DNA from: a virus
Taxonomy: Duplodnaviria > Caudoviricetes
DNA: 64,000 nucleotides
IMG/VR virus record: IMGVR_UViG_3300026311_000012
Location: 35,912-99,911 of that record
Strand: one strand, 5' to 3'
Shown: positions 20,501 to 33,600 of the stretch, one piece after another
How positions within the stretch are numbered: the first letter of the stretch is position 1
Layout: each line of letters begins with the position of its first letter
Program-made: the position numbers and the translations under genes
Notes under the pieces: generated by a model
What the model was told of the DNA's origin: nothing
The model's database searches: none
Seen by the model: the letters and a program-made list of their open reading frames with translations, nothing else

Positions 20501-21679
20501 ATAAGAAGGATAATGAATATTTTTACTACCATCTGGATTAGTTTCTGGTTGACGTAAAGCAATTTGTACTTCTTCAAGAAGTTTGACAATATCATCAAAT
20601 GTCATAGTCATATCTTCTCTAAGAGTAGTATTCTTTATGGCTGCTTGTAATAATCTAATACGTTGTTGTACTTTAGGAATGTCGTCTTTAGGAACTTTCT
20701 TTTCGTCAAGAGCTTTACGTAATTTTGATAATTGTGATATTTGATTTGTGATAAGCTTATTAAGTCCTTCAAATCTTGTTTTTTCACCAACAGGTAGTTG
20801 TGATAAAAATGGAGACATTGTCTCACTTGCTTCAACTTTTACAAGTCTATTTCCAAATGTATTACCTTCAGACTTCTTTTCAGACGGGAGTCTATTAAAT
20901 TCAATATATACTGGTACTAGTCTATTTTGTCTTATTCCTTTAACATTATTTCTTTCAGTAAGAGTTTCTGCATAACCTTCCATAGCTACATCATAAGACG
21001 ATACAGTATCATATGTTATAAGATCAGAAATAATTCCATAAGAACCATCTTCTCTGTATCCTGTTTTAACATAACCAGACTCTTTATCGTATGCTGCTCG
21101 TGTTTTATAATCATATTGTGCTCCTGTACCATCAGAAAATAATGCGAATAAATCAATAGTACCCCCTGTATTAGTAATAGGGTCTAAGACAAATAACTCA
21201 GGATGTATAATAGCTTTTCCTTTTGGGTCTATACCTTTTTGAATTTCTTCTATTTGAGATATCATTTCTTTAGCAAGTCGTTGAAGAGCTTCAAATCCTA
21301 ATTTAGGCATACCAAAAGATCCTTCAAATGCCTTTTTTTCAATACTAGACATTGAACCTTTTTTATTATAATAGAAGTCTACAAGATCGCTAAGAATTTC
21401 ATGAATTTCTACTCCAGCTACACGACCTTTTTCATTATCTTCTGTTAATGACCTAAGTTTTAAACCCTTTTTCCTTTTAGCTACTTCTGATCTACGGTAT
21501 TTAACAGCTATATCATCAAATAAAAAATACTTCTCATCTACTTTAGAATGAGCATTATGTACAGATAACAATTGATCATAGATTTCTTGTTGAGAAAGAC
21601 TTTTATTTTTCTCAAAAATTAACCCACGATTTCTTATAGCATTGTTAACTTTTGTTTTTGATAGTGGTTCGCAACCCAT
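17597..21679 (-). CDS. Large virion cargo/ejection protein with N-terminal PD-(D/E)XK-like domain
   Basis: Directly downstream of the vRNAP gene; GVEIH...E...GGTIDL...YDYKT; hydrophobic helices in the C-terminal part. Confidence 0.75.
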   Translation of the reverse strand: MGCEPLSKTKVNNAIRNRGLIFEKNKSLSQQEIYDQLLSVHNAHSKVDEKYFLFDDIAVKYRRSEVAKRKKGLKLRSLTEDNEKGRVAGVEIHEILSDLVDFYYNKKGSMSSIEKKAFEGSFGMPKLGFEALQRLAKEMISQIEEIQKGIDPKGKAIIHPELFVLDPITNTGGTIDLFALFSDGTGAQYDYKTRAAYDKESGYVKTGYREDGSYGIISDLITYDTVSSYDVAMEGYAETLTERNNVKGIRQNRLVPVYIEFNRLPSEKKSEGNTFGNRLVKVEASETMSPFLSQLPVGEKTRFEGLNKLITNQISQLSKLRKALDEKKVPKDDIPKVQQRIRLLQAAIKNTTLREDMTMTFDDIVKLLEEVQIALRQPETNPDGSKNIHYPSYGEMLKYLEWLSVYANISDQTQTYFADLKKTNPEEFKKIDARFIKIDNRIGRYSYEVSKRIQEMIMSEMKTSMYNPDGSLKTLEELKWLDSRTLHFSEIDNPIFKEAWKLIQSYQYDKKKEFEKITKEVWSITEELFKWANANNIDRMSAYRKLINPENGALHSKLNKEFRQTLYDLFHDPTKISYQKSKEIYQIKDKEKQAKEYAELLEEKKKELKAKNNNLEDLEEDGEITTSAEVFKTRYEDQLRKWIESNDLSLNSAWTNKYTIRRWCEIKPEIFEKNLSEEYKYIKANKALSDYYDMWTKYIPILTKKIGMSPYEDIRPEFIPNVRKEIIEHFAKDGLHFGAAINEFMDSFNTREDDSYLTEIDETTGEPVKKIRIMYLNPFRDKDGNIDNERKSYDLTASLLMFTEMALNYEHVNNIEPKIRAIKLLLAHPISEYEKLAVTDQRGKPVKGKIQEFLTKKGFNTDTYRLLEDFTDFYMYGIKYKVKSLSENYNTTKALVKIKNYHGIVRLGFAVIPAAGALTAGKIGTYFESKKGISYDEKQWRQAQWELITHPKKYLASIEYFDPYNDDAYERTFRAKSATAKRKLISERAAFWPLREADKKIMNHITVAMMHNFGVDSEGNIERLNRPGVDASLYTPIAEAFEVDPATGEVKINMTKEAFISFRNAIKTTASGVIGNMNPEDISATDISLTQNIMMQFKTWMPGVVRERTGKLRFDDDLRAMRWGRFAALVDQFKRYDLTEEDVKFTAQMFKFTKKVLIPEIGKLVADLTTFGLLNKYGVFGFERVNRERALLKYQNWLAQNPDMIDKTTFEDFLEVKQGQMKAVLVELRVILGFIGLIVLLGGEGDDGEKRYMSNIFTRNLYKILTKAESELAFMWTPSEFLKLVANPVPIASLLSLTEKSIRNFSDEMRDWARGENSPQDKTPSFYYFMQWIPGGSQLGRVFEIFDEYKKSPYTPVIAQ

Positions 21680-21690
21680 ATTAATTTATT

Positions 21691-24600
21691 TTATATTCCA
21701 CAAGCAATTTCAACATGACCGTAAAGAGTAGCTTCAAGTAAAGCTATTTTTTCATTTTCGTTTCTCCATGATTCATTAGGAAAAAGAGTATCAAAATTAG
21801 CTAATAAAGATGGCATATCTAAAGTATCAATTTCTTTTGAAAATTCATCTATATTTTCATTTGTTTGTTTTACTTGTTCAATATCACTTGTAATTTCTTC
21901 TTTAGTGTTAACAAGTAATTCATCTATTTTATTATTAAGAATATCATAAGCAACTTTAGCATATGGATCGGATATTCTTTTATTAAACAAGTTTTTAATC
22001 CAATTCCAAAGAATATTCCACCATGTTTTAGCCTGCTGTTCTAATCTTTCATTAGCTGAATATTGATTAATTATTTGTTTTGCTATAACTTGCCCAATAG
22101 CCTCAGTTCTAAATTCTTCATCTGTTGTATATACATCTTTATATTTCTCTTTAACTTCACCATATATAGGATGATTAACAATATTAGTCATCATTGATTT
22201 ATACAGTCCTGTTGTTTTATCTAAAAGATGTACATAAAAATGAGCAGCTTCTTCAGGAAGAGTTTGAATATTCATTTCTCCTTCAAGAACTTTAACTGTC
22301 ATATTTGTAAGATCTGATATAGCAATAGCTGTTTTATCTCCAAACTTATTCTTAAGAACTTTAGTTTCTTCAAATGTAACATTTAGTTTATTAAGAAAAT
22401 CTTTCATTTTATTATCAAGCTCTGTTACATTTTCTTCAGATATATCAGAATTTAATAATTGATAATTTTCTTTAGCTTCATTAAATTGAGCATTTATATT
22501 ATCTATTTCATCAAAAACGGTTGTAACACCTCTGGTTTCTATTAATTTTCCTAAACCTATTAAAAGCCTTATATCACTTAATTTAAATAAGTCTGTTGAT
22601 AAACCACTTAATGATCCTGATTTAAAATCAACAACAAATTTACCTTTACTATGCTCTATTGTATACCTTCCAGTATTAGTTTTTACTTTAGCCCAATCTA
22701 AGGCTGCAGACATTTGTCTAGTAAATTCTGTACTACCTCCCAAATATATTTTTATGTCTTTAATATTATCTAAAACATATTTCATATCTTCATTTCTTGT
22801 ATCTTCTGAAACATTTGTTGGATTAAAATTAGTATTAGGACCAATATCTTCAGAAATCTGGACAGAACTCATTTTTTGTTTAGTATTAATATAATCGTTT
22901 TCAGTTAATATACTTGGTGGAGAATCAGGAAATGTTCCTATTGTGTCATAATATTCAGCAGGTGAAACTGCATCTGTATAATATTCAAGAAATCTAAAGC
23001 CATCTCCAAGCTTGTTTACTCTACGATAAATCGCCATAGGTGAATTATATTTTGGATCAGGATCAGTCATTCTAACAAATTCAAATAACACATGCTCTAC
23101 AGGTACTTTTCTATTAAATCTAGTCTTAGCCTTGTATTCAGCATAAGGTGTTTCAATCCTGACATTTACATATCTTGCACCAACATTTCTACTTAAGTAC
23201 ATTTTAATATTACCATCTTTATCTTCTACTTGATTAGATATTACTAATCTACCATCTTTTGTTTTTTCTGCAAATTTATGATGTTTAGGTACAAAATTGA
23301 TATCATTACTATTAACTTTTCCAAATTGATTTGCAAAACCAAGCATTAATTCTTCTACGTTTGGTCTATTAAAAAATTCAATAATATAATTATCCATTTC
23401 AGAAATATACTTAGAAGATGGAAGATATCTGGCATATGATATAGGAGAATCACTTAATCCATTCTGAATAAGACCTAACTCATAAATACCCATGCCTAAT
23501 TTACGAATCTCTTCTATTGAAGAGTTCATCATCATTTCTATAGCATTTGTAAGGTCATTTTCTTCAGAAATATCATGTCTTTTAGTAAATGTAGTTATAT
23601 AAGAATTATCTCTAGTCTTACCAGTTGTATTAGAAAACTCATTTATAACAGGACGAAGTATTTTAACAAGAGCTGGATTTAATACACCTTTTTTTCTAAG
23701 AGCATTAAATCTATTTGGAATACTATCTTTGCCAAGTAACAATTTTTTATATACAGTTCTTTGGAGATTAACATCACCATTATACTTAATCGTCATATAA
23801 ATGTATTGGTAAAAATCATTTTCTACTTTAGTTAATGCTTTTTCCATACTTTTTGCATCTCTTCTTATATTGAATGATGGATTTCTTGGATTATTTAATA
23901 CATCTGCCATCATTTTTTGAAATAAGGCCCTTCTCGTCTCATCTGAGAGAATATAAGAACTCCATTGATACATTCTTCCACTTTCATAATAAGTGTCTAA
24001 AAACGCATTTAAATAGGATTCTCGATTATATTTTATAATATCTGAAACATTAAATATCTTAGAATCTAAATTAAAATAACCATCTAACTTACTATTCATA
24101 GAAGTTATACTTTTTGGAAAAGCTGCCGAAGCATCAAATCTCAAATATTTCTGCAAACGTACTTCTTCCATAGCTGCACGTTGATAAATAAGAAAGTTAT
24201 CAAGTATTTGTACAGCATTTTCAGGATTATCCATATCTGCTTCTGAAAGATATTTGTAATTAAGCTTTTCTAATTTTTCATTAAACTCATTTTCTGCTTT
24301 TCCTCTAGCGTCTGTAGAAGATGAATATATATATTTTTCAAAAGAATTATACAATAGCTCTTTTCCTATATCTTTTATTTTTCCAGAAGAATACTTTTTA
24401 ACCAGATCTGATATAATAGTTGCTTTAGAGTTATATATTCCTTTTGAGTCTTTTTTAGAATATGTGTTATTATTATAACCAATAGAATTAGATATAGATA
24501 ACTCTCTTAAATATTCTCTAATAATTGGGGCATTTAAGAATTTAGCTATAGTTCTTAGACCAACTCCTTTATTTGTTCCAGTCTTATTAAGAAATGAATA

Positions 24601-27600
24601 TATTGAATATATATTATTATCACTTAATAATGAGAATATATATGGGTCTTTAACAGCATCCACAGCAGCAACAAGAAACTGTCCATAATTATCATATATT
24701 GGGTAACCATTTGTATCAACAGTGTGCCCATTAGTGTAATTACCTCCCTCTTGTTCTTTAAAAAACAAACGTAATAATGGATTATTTATTTGTATAGGAA
24801 ATTCTTGAGTTTTATTATTAACAGAACTAGCGGAAGCAATATATGCAACAAGACTTTTGCTTGCTTGAAATTCTTTAAATTTCCTTGCGTTATACCAAAA
24901 CTCAGTTAAATATTGAAGATCTTCGTTTACATTGTCTTCCTTTTTATCTAATTCAGATTTTTTTCTATTTTTTGCTATTTCTTCAGCTATATTTTTGAGT
25001 TCCGTAGATTCATGAGGACGTAAAAGGATCTCCTTACGTTCTGGCATCATCAACATTTTATAATTTATCTCATTAAATCTATTTTCTATAGCTCGTTGTG
25101 TGTTTTGTTGTATAATAGAAAGTTTTTTAAACTCTTCTAATGTCATTGTTTGACGAGACCCAATAGGTAAATCTTTAAATATACCTGATACTCTATCAAG
25201 TATTTCATCTTCCTTTATTAATTCAGGATCATAATATGCTTCATATCGTTGCTCTACTGTAGAATTACTATCATCAAGATATTCTATATATTTAAGACCT
25301 TTTTTAGTAATTTTTACATTATTAAGATATGTAAAAAGTTTATCAATGTCAAAGTCGGATGATGTTTTAATAACAATGTCATAAGGAAGAATAATTCTTG
25401 GGCCTGCATGATATGGTAAAAACTTTTTAACTCTTACAGCTTCAAGAGTATTGGGAGCAGCAGTAGGAATACGATTTGCAGTAAAGGTAAGAATTCTTTC
25501 ATCTATTTTACCTTCTTCTATCATTTTATTTAAAACATCTATTCCACCTATGCTTTCTACGTACTCAACCCATCTTTCTGGAATTGGCACCATAATTTCC
25601 ATAGGTTTCCCCTTATCATATCCAAAATCAAGAACAGGCTCACCATTATCAGAATATATCCACGATGATTCTTGTGCATACATTTCCCCATTTACTTTAA
25701 ATGCAATAGCCCTCTTTTTGGGTAACGCCATAAGCATAGACTCTACCTGTTTTTTTGTTATAAGAATATCTATAGATTTACTTTCAGAGTCAAGCACTTG
25801 AACTATACCATCGGCAACACTATCTGGCATAAGTCTGCTTTCAACCATATTTATAAGAGACTCTTTAAATATATCTACATTTTCTAAATAATAATTTCCA
25901 TCTTCAGTTATCCCTAAGCCAAAATCTTTTTTAAGTCTTTCAATTTGTCCACTTGTTAAAGCAGCAATTATATCTTTATGCTCTTGTCTAAGAGAAAGAA
26001 CATCTGTATTTTTATATTTATCTAATAATTGCCCTTTGTCATGAGTTTCAACAAATAAAACTCTATTCATCTGAGTAGACTTGGTAATTCTTTGTTTATC
26101 TTCAGTGTTCATATCTGATTGAATACCAAAGTCATCAAATAAAGTAACATTGATAGGAGATTCTTTAGTTATGACCCCATACTTCCCAGATGAAATATAT
26201 GTCTCTTTTTGAACAGTTGAATCTCCAAATACATCAATATTATTAGCAAGAGCTGATAGATATATTTTTAACGAATTTCTTGGCAAAATAGAAGGTATCA
26301 ATGGAGCAACAGAGCATTTCTGAATAGTAGGTGCAAATAGATTAGTTGCATTTTGCTCTGCTCCAACACCCAGAGGTTTAATAGTAGTGATAGTAGCCCT
26401 ATTTTTAGCCATTATCTTTTCTCCTTTAAACATAGGAACATCCGGAATTGATTGATTAGTATGCTCAGAGAATATACCTGTATAAAACATATTTTCTATA
26501 TCTTCTCTAGTTCTTTCAGCAGCTTCTAATAAATCTTCATTTCCTTCTTTTAATAAAGTAAGTGCTAATAATTGAGACTCATACTGGTAACTATTTTCCA
26601 GATTATCATTCCACAGACCTTGACGTATTTTAATAGTACGAGCAAACTCAAGTGTAGACCATAACTGACCATCAGCTACACTCATTTTTCTATTTTTATA
26701 TGCACTACTATAGCGTATAATTTCATTCCATACTATACCATTGATTTGTTGTTTATGACTACCAAATGCTTGAGGATAATATTTATTAGCTAACGCTATT
26801 GTAGAAGAATCATTTGGGAGTTTAGTTCTAGTAGATGTATGTGAAGTTATACGTTTATGAAAATCTTTTGCGTTTTTAAAAAAAGCTATATCTCCAAGAT
26901 ATATCTTAAGTTGTTCTTGCGACCCAATAAAATAATTATATGCATGACGCATTAATAGTGAATTGATAGCACTATTATTTAAAGTTTTATCGCTAGATAC
27001 TGAAATTCCGAGATTCTTAAGTGTTTCAAAACTTATACCTTGAGCTTTATATTTACCATCTCCTACACGATTAATTAGTTTCCATTCCATTAACTCTTGT
27101 AAGTTATTTGACATAAGTTCGTCAATATAATTATTAAGAGCTTCTGTGATTTCTGTAGAATAAGTATCTAAATAACTCTGAGTGTACTCTTTTATTTTAT
27201 CTAGAGTTTTTCCACGCTTACCAGCCAAGAATTCTTCTATAGGTTGTATGTTTTTATTTAAGAATGAAAAAACTCTTAATTTTTTGGCATTCTCTTTATA
27301 ATTCTCATATTTACCACCAAATTTATCAGCATCCCTAATAAGAGCTACAGAAGTAATAACTTCATCATATAAATAATCATTAAGAGCTTTGATAAACATT
27401 TCTCTAGTAATGGTTTCTTCATTTGGCATAAACTTTATACCATATTCAGGACCTCTATCACCAGCTCTAAGCACAGGAATTATATTATTTAATATAGCAT
27501 CAGTGGTCATCATAAGATAATCAAAATGCTCTTCATCCTTTAAATCTGTACCATCATCTTTTCTACTTTTTACTCCAAGTAATTTTATTACAGATATTTT

Positions 27601-30600
27601 GTTGTATGCATTACCAGCCTTTTTATTACGTTTTGCTTCTTGGATAGCTTCATAAAATTTGCTATGTGATGTAAATAAATTACCTGTACCATCTTTTGAT
27701 AATGGAACAATATGTTGTAAATTTTTAGGAACGGTTTCTTCCCCACTTTCAATATATGAATTTATTCTATCTGATACTTCATGATAGTGAGAACCTCTAC
27801 TTACTCCATATTCAAGATTTCCTTTAATTGTCAAATGGGTAAGATCTGAGTCATTAATGTAATCCTTTGTTGAATCATGAAGCATTGCGTCTAATTCTTT
27901 TTGATTTTCAATGCGATCTCTATTATAGAAATCATTTATGTAAATATCGCCAAGATCAGATCTTGATAATTCCTCTTTTAACCTACTACCATATTGTACA
28001 TACACATTATCAGAAGTAGTATTATAAGGAGGATTAACAATCATTCCTAATTGTTCAAGAACTATTTTAAGCTTTGTAGTAGTTTTTTCTCTTAATGCTT
28101 CTGATAAATCTTTAAACAATAAGGATTTATCTATTTTAAAATCTTCATCTATATATTTAGTAGACTTTGATTTAGCAATAGCTATAGCATTATTTATCCA
28201 ATCTGTCTTAAGAACTTTTATTTCATTTTCATCTACTGGATATACATAGTTTATTCCATTTTCACCAACAATTCCAATAATAGGAGTTGTTTTATTATTA
28301 GCAAAGCTATGATACATTTGATTCCTAAGTTCAAATTGAGTCTTACTCATTTCTTCATTAGGAACAGCTACACCATTTTCAATAGTATTACCAAGTAAAC
28401 GTATAAGCCTTTTAACAGAAGGATATTGAGGAATTAATTTTATAAGATTTGTATAAAAATCTGAAACATCAGATGAACCAGCTGCTACATTATTGATAGC
28501 AGTCATTAGTTTATTAAACTTAACTCTTACCTCTGTACCAAAGCCTTCTTTTCTCTCTATTACAATTTCTCCATTTCTATTGGTAGTTTCAGCCAAAGAC
28601 CCAATTAATAATCGTATAGGACTAGGTACTTCATCTTTTATATTTTTTGATGCAGACTCAATAAAATCATTTCTATTTCTACCAAGTACATCATCTTCAT
28701 CTAATTGCTCTCTAAAATCTGCTTTATATTGTGTAAAGAATACACTATGCTTTCTCACAAGCTCATCCCAATTTCTTAAAATAGCTTCTGCATAAGTATT
28801 TTCATCTTTTATTACATCTTCTTCATAGGTAGACTTAATAACATTATATATATTTTTAGCTGATTCTTCAAGCCTCATTATAATATCATCCCCGCTTTCA
28901 AGATCGCTAACTACATATCTTAGAAATCTAGTGTTAATATCTTCTACAAATGCTTGAGCTGCAGCTGAAGAAAGATTTGCTATTTTAAAAAAACTATTCT
29001 TTGGTTTAGAAACAATATCTATAAAACTATTATCTCTAAGTTCTTTAAACGCTTTTTCAACAAGAGTTGTTTTTATTTCTTCTTCACCTGTTATCCCAAA
29101 AATACTTTTTAAAAAGTTTAATATTTTTCTAAAAATTGTTTCTTTCTTAACTTCTGTTATTTTATTAAACTTGTAAGTGCTCCCCATCATCATAAAATCA
29201 CGGAAATCCTCTGCAAGTATTTCTTCTACTTCTTTATCAGAAAGTTTATGATTATTTAACCTAGCCCTTGTCTCTTCGTACAAAGCTGTTCTATCAGAGG
29301 CTGTTATAAAAAATTGACTATACACATGCCAACCTTCATGGTAAGCAGTTCCAGCTTGAGCAACTTCAGATAAAAGTACTTTCCCACTTATAAGTACTTT
29401 TCCCCATGCCTTATTTTGTATAAGACCATCTATTACTTCTACAGGTATATTCGGAAATTTCTTTTTTAACCATGCTTTAGCAATTTCTATATTTTCTTTT
29501 TCATATTCTTCATATATGGTAGCACGTCTTTCTAATTCTGTTGTGTCCTTATTTACTTCTCTTCTTTTATAATAGTTTTTCTTTGCTACAGCTTCAACAG
29601 ATTTTTGATCAGTTGGATCAGCAACAAATCCTTTAGCACTATCTAGATATGTAGCTCTTACTGTATCTGATTCAGTTTCCCAAGTTACAGGTTTTTTCTC
29701 TGTATCTACTTTTGTAGTAGTTGGAGCAACAGATTGAGGAGCAAGAGAAAATTCTCCAGAATAAAATTTAAAAGTATATTTTCCAACAGTTGTATCTTCG
29801 GTTATTCTAGCAGTACCATCTTCTGCTCTTAATATAGAACGTAAAGAAGCAGTCCATAAATCAGCAGTAACAAAATCATCTTTGGTTATACCAAGTGGAG
29901 CAAATCCTTCTAAATATTTATCTTCAATAAGCCCAAATTTGTTTTGAGTTTTATCAAGAATTAAATATTTGTTAATAAGTTCTCCGCTTTCATCAGTAAA
30001 AGAAATTTCAACTAAGGTTTTATTTTTTTCTAAATCTATTTTTTCAGTAGATCTTTTCTTTATTTCTTTTTTCTCTACAGGTTTCTTTTCAACAACTTTA
30101 GATAATTGAAGCCCCTGATTTATATATTGAGGGTCTTTTGCAAGAGCTAAATGATTAGTTTTATCTTTTGGTGCAGGCTTAAGTAATACCACACCTTTAG
30201 AAACAGGTGTAACACCTTTCTGAGCAGGAACATTATTTGGGAATAAGAAATGTAAATAATTTCTATGTTTTTTTTCTGTTACTTTTATATTTCCTTTACT
30301 ATCAAGCCGCCCCTTAAACTCTATGAAACTCTTTCCTTTTTCCTCAATAGCTTTCTTTTTAAAATTCCAGTATTTATTAGAAAGAAAGAAACTAAGACTT
30401 TTATCAGCTTTTCCAGAAATAAGATCTTCCATAGAGATTAAAGTATCTCCATAAACAAGCCCCATATATTTTCCATTTTTTGAATCTTTTCTGAAAAATA
30501 AACGATATTGACTTGCAAATCCACTTGCAGGAGAAGAATTATGATATAATGCCGTCGTTAAATATTTTCTAACGTTTTCAGCTTGTTCTGCTTCAGGAGT

Positions 30601-33600
30601 AAGTTTTCCGTCTTTTGTCTTATTTAAATGTAAAGCTACAAATTTAAATAAGTTAAGTATGTTTTCTACATCTCCAGTCTCAGCTAATGTCTTAGGTTTA
30701 ATTAACTCAAATCTGTTTTTATATCGTATATATAAATAACCATTAATTAAATCAAATGTACTGTTACTAGATTTATGTTTACTTATTTCTTCTATAGGTT
30801 CACCAGTTGCTTTTGGTTTTACAGCCTCAATTACAAACGTAGCATTTTCAGCTATATTATTTACAGCAAAAGCCTCTAATGCATCTATTTCAGTTATATC
30901 CTTAGTAACTTTAACACCAGCTGTTACATATTCTATATTAAATTCAAAAGGAACATTACTATTCTCAATATCTTTTCTTAAAGCAATGTATTCTTTAAGT
31001 ACCCTTGCTTTTTCAGCAGCTATATGCTTTTCTATCTGTTCTTTAGTAGCTTGAGGATTCTCTGTAGCAAATTTTTGCATAAACTTAGCAAATGAAAATC
31101 TGCTTTTAGTCTCACCATCTATTTTTTTAGTATATTCATATTTTGGTAATAACATTGAAGTTACTGCCATATGAGTACCTGTATCGGAAATCTTTCCAGA
31201 ATCATCCATCATAACTGGATTAAGAGTTCCTTTTTTAACTGCTACATATTTAATATCTTCTTCATCTACAAATGTTAACTTATCGCCAAACGATAATTCC
31301 TTTGCCGCTTTTTTCGATACAGCTATTATAGAATATTCTGAAGATTTATATGCATGATTGTTTACGAATGCAAACCAATATGCTGTTTGATCATTTTGCA
31401 CAGCAGCGCTCTGATCAGTGCCAGGAATAAGAAATGAATTGATAGTGCCATCAAATACTTTTAGTGAAGCTTCTTCAAATAAATGTTTTATCTCACCATC
31501 AGTATTCTTAAATAAGGTACCAAATTTGCCTTCTAAGACACTTTCTTTATCAAGTGACTCATCATATAGCTTCTTCTCTAACCAATCGTCTAGAGTAAAG
31601 AAATCACCTATAGCCTTCTTGTATTCAGATAAGAAAGTAGATCTGAATTTTCTTAGAGCAACTAATTCATTTAATAATTTATCTCGTATTTTATTTTTTT
31701 CAAATAGAGTAGATTCTTCTGTACTAATTATATCGTTTAATATAGATATTTGTTCTAATACATTTTTTCTATCTGATAACAAATCACTAAACTGATCATT
31801 TTTATTAACCCCTGTTACAGTTTTTGTAATTAAGTCCACAAGAGCTAAAGGATGCTTATCAATATGCTTTAATATAACATCACCTTCTGCGTCTAGTCCA
31901 AGTTGCTCTAATCCGATATAATAAGAATCATATGCATTATCATATCTCTCTTTTGATATTGTATGGAAGTCTTCTTCAGATTCTTCTTTAAATAGATGTT
32001 TATCTCCTGATCTGGAATATTCATATATTTTACCATTTACTTCAAGTTTAAAATTATTTTTAGAAGTTGTAGGTATATCTCTATCTATTGGAATACCAAG
32101 AACATCTATTAAGTCTGAATGAATAGAACGCAATTTAAATAATAATTTTCTCATTGTCCCTCTCAGCCCAGCTAATCCTGTTCTGATATCAGACACATCA
32201 TTTTTTACTTTTCGTATCTCATCACGAAGTAAAAAGTACGTATTATTTAAAGAATTTAATACGGTTGTAGAAAGATTTTGTACTTTTTGTAAATTCAAAT
32301 TAAGTTTTACAAGTCTTTCTTCTTGAACTACAATAGATTCTTCAATCTTACTTATGGAAGCTTCTATAAGATTTATCTCTTCACGAGCTTCAGCAATAGT
32401 TTTGTATATAGGAATAATTCGTGTTACAACTTCTTCTGCCGCACGTTTTCTTTTAGTTTTAACTTCCTCTACTTTAGAACCAACTCTAACTTTCCTAAGT
32501 TCTATTTCTTGTTCTGAAAGAGTATCTCGATACTTAGTTATTACATTATTAATATTAGTTGATATCTGTATAATTCTCTTTTGGAGAGATGCTGATTTTT
32601 CTTTTTGCTTATTTATAAGCTCTGTTGTGATATCAATAAGATTTGTATATTGAGTAGTAACTGCTTGTATTTGAGTTTCTTCACGTACTTCTTCTGCTGT
32701 TTTTACAGTAGTTATTGCTTTAAAATCAGTGATACGTTTTTCACCATTTATTGTAATAGTACCATCTGCATTTAAAGAAGCTCTATTTTTAGTAGCTTCA
32801 TATTTTTCACCAATCTTATTAAATATTTGTAATGATAATGAACCATCACTTTTCTTTGTACCAACTTTTGCAAAAACTTCTTCCCCACCTGCTGTTGGTA
32901 TAGATATAATACCTCTATGAGTGGCAATTTTATTTTTTCTTAAATCTTCATCTGTTGTAACAAGATCTTCTTCTCTGGTGAGAGCTAAAGATTCGTGTAT
33001 AACATTATCAGAATATATTTTGGCTAATTCAGGAGAGAGCCCTTCTGTTGCCTTTGCCGATTGTTTTTTGTTATTTTCTTCTTCTTCTAATTTCTTAGCT
33101 TTTTCTTTATCTTCTAATTTTTTATCGTATGCTTTTTGCAGAACAGAAGTTTTATATAAATCTTTTAACTCATCAGACTTTATTTTATAATCCTCTACAT
33201 AATTCTCTAGTTCTTCTATCTGTCTTTCTGCTACAATAATATCTTGCTCATCTATATTATTATTCTTTTTAGACTCGTCAAGTGCTTCCTTTAAAGAAGA
33301 TATTAATTTTTCATTAGCTTTAGTCTCTGAAGATGAAATTTTTGTACTGCCTTTAGCTAATTTATTTCTTAATATATCAATACGTTCAAGAATAAACTCT
33401 AAAGTATTTTTTGTTGAAATTTTAGCATTTTCAGTTTCAAGAACAAATTCGTTAAATATATCTGAATCTGCTTCGTTTCTTTTAATTGATTTACGTAAAG
33501 TAATGGCATTTTTATCTTTGATATCATCATATATAGATTGAAGCCTGTTTGCTTTCTTTATTAAATCATTTTTTACTTGTTCTACAACACCAGGATCTAT

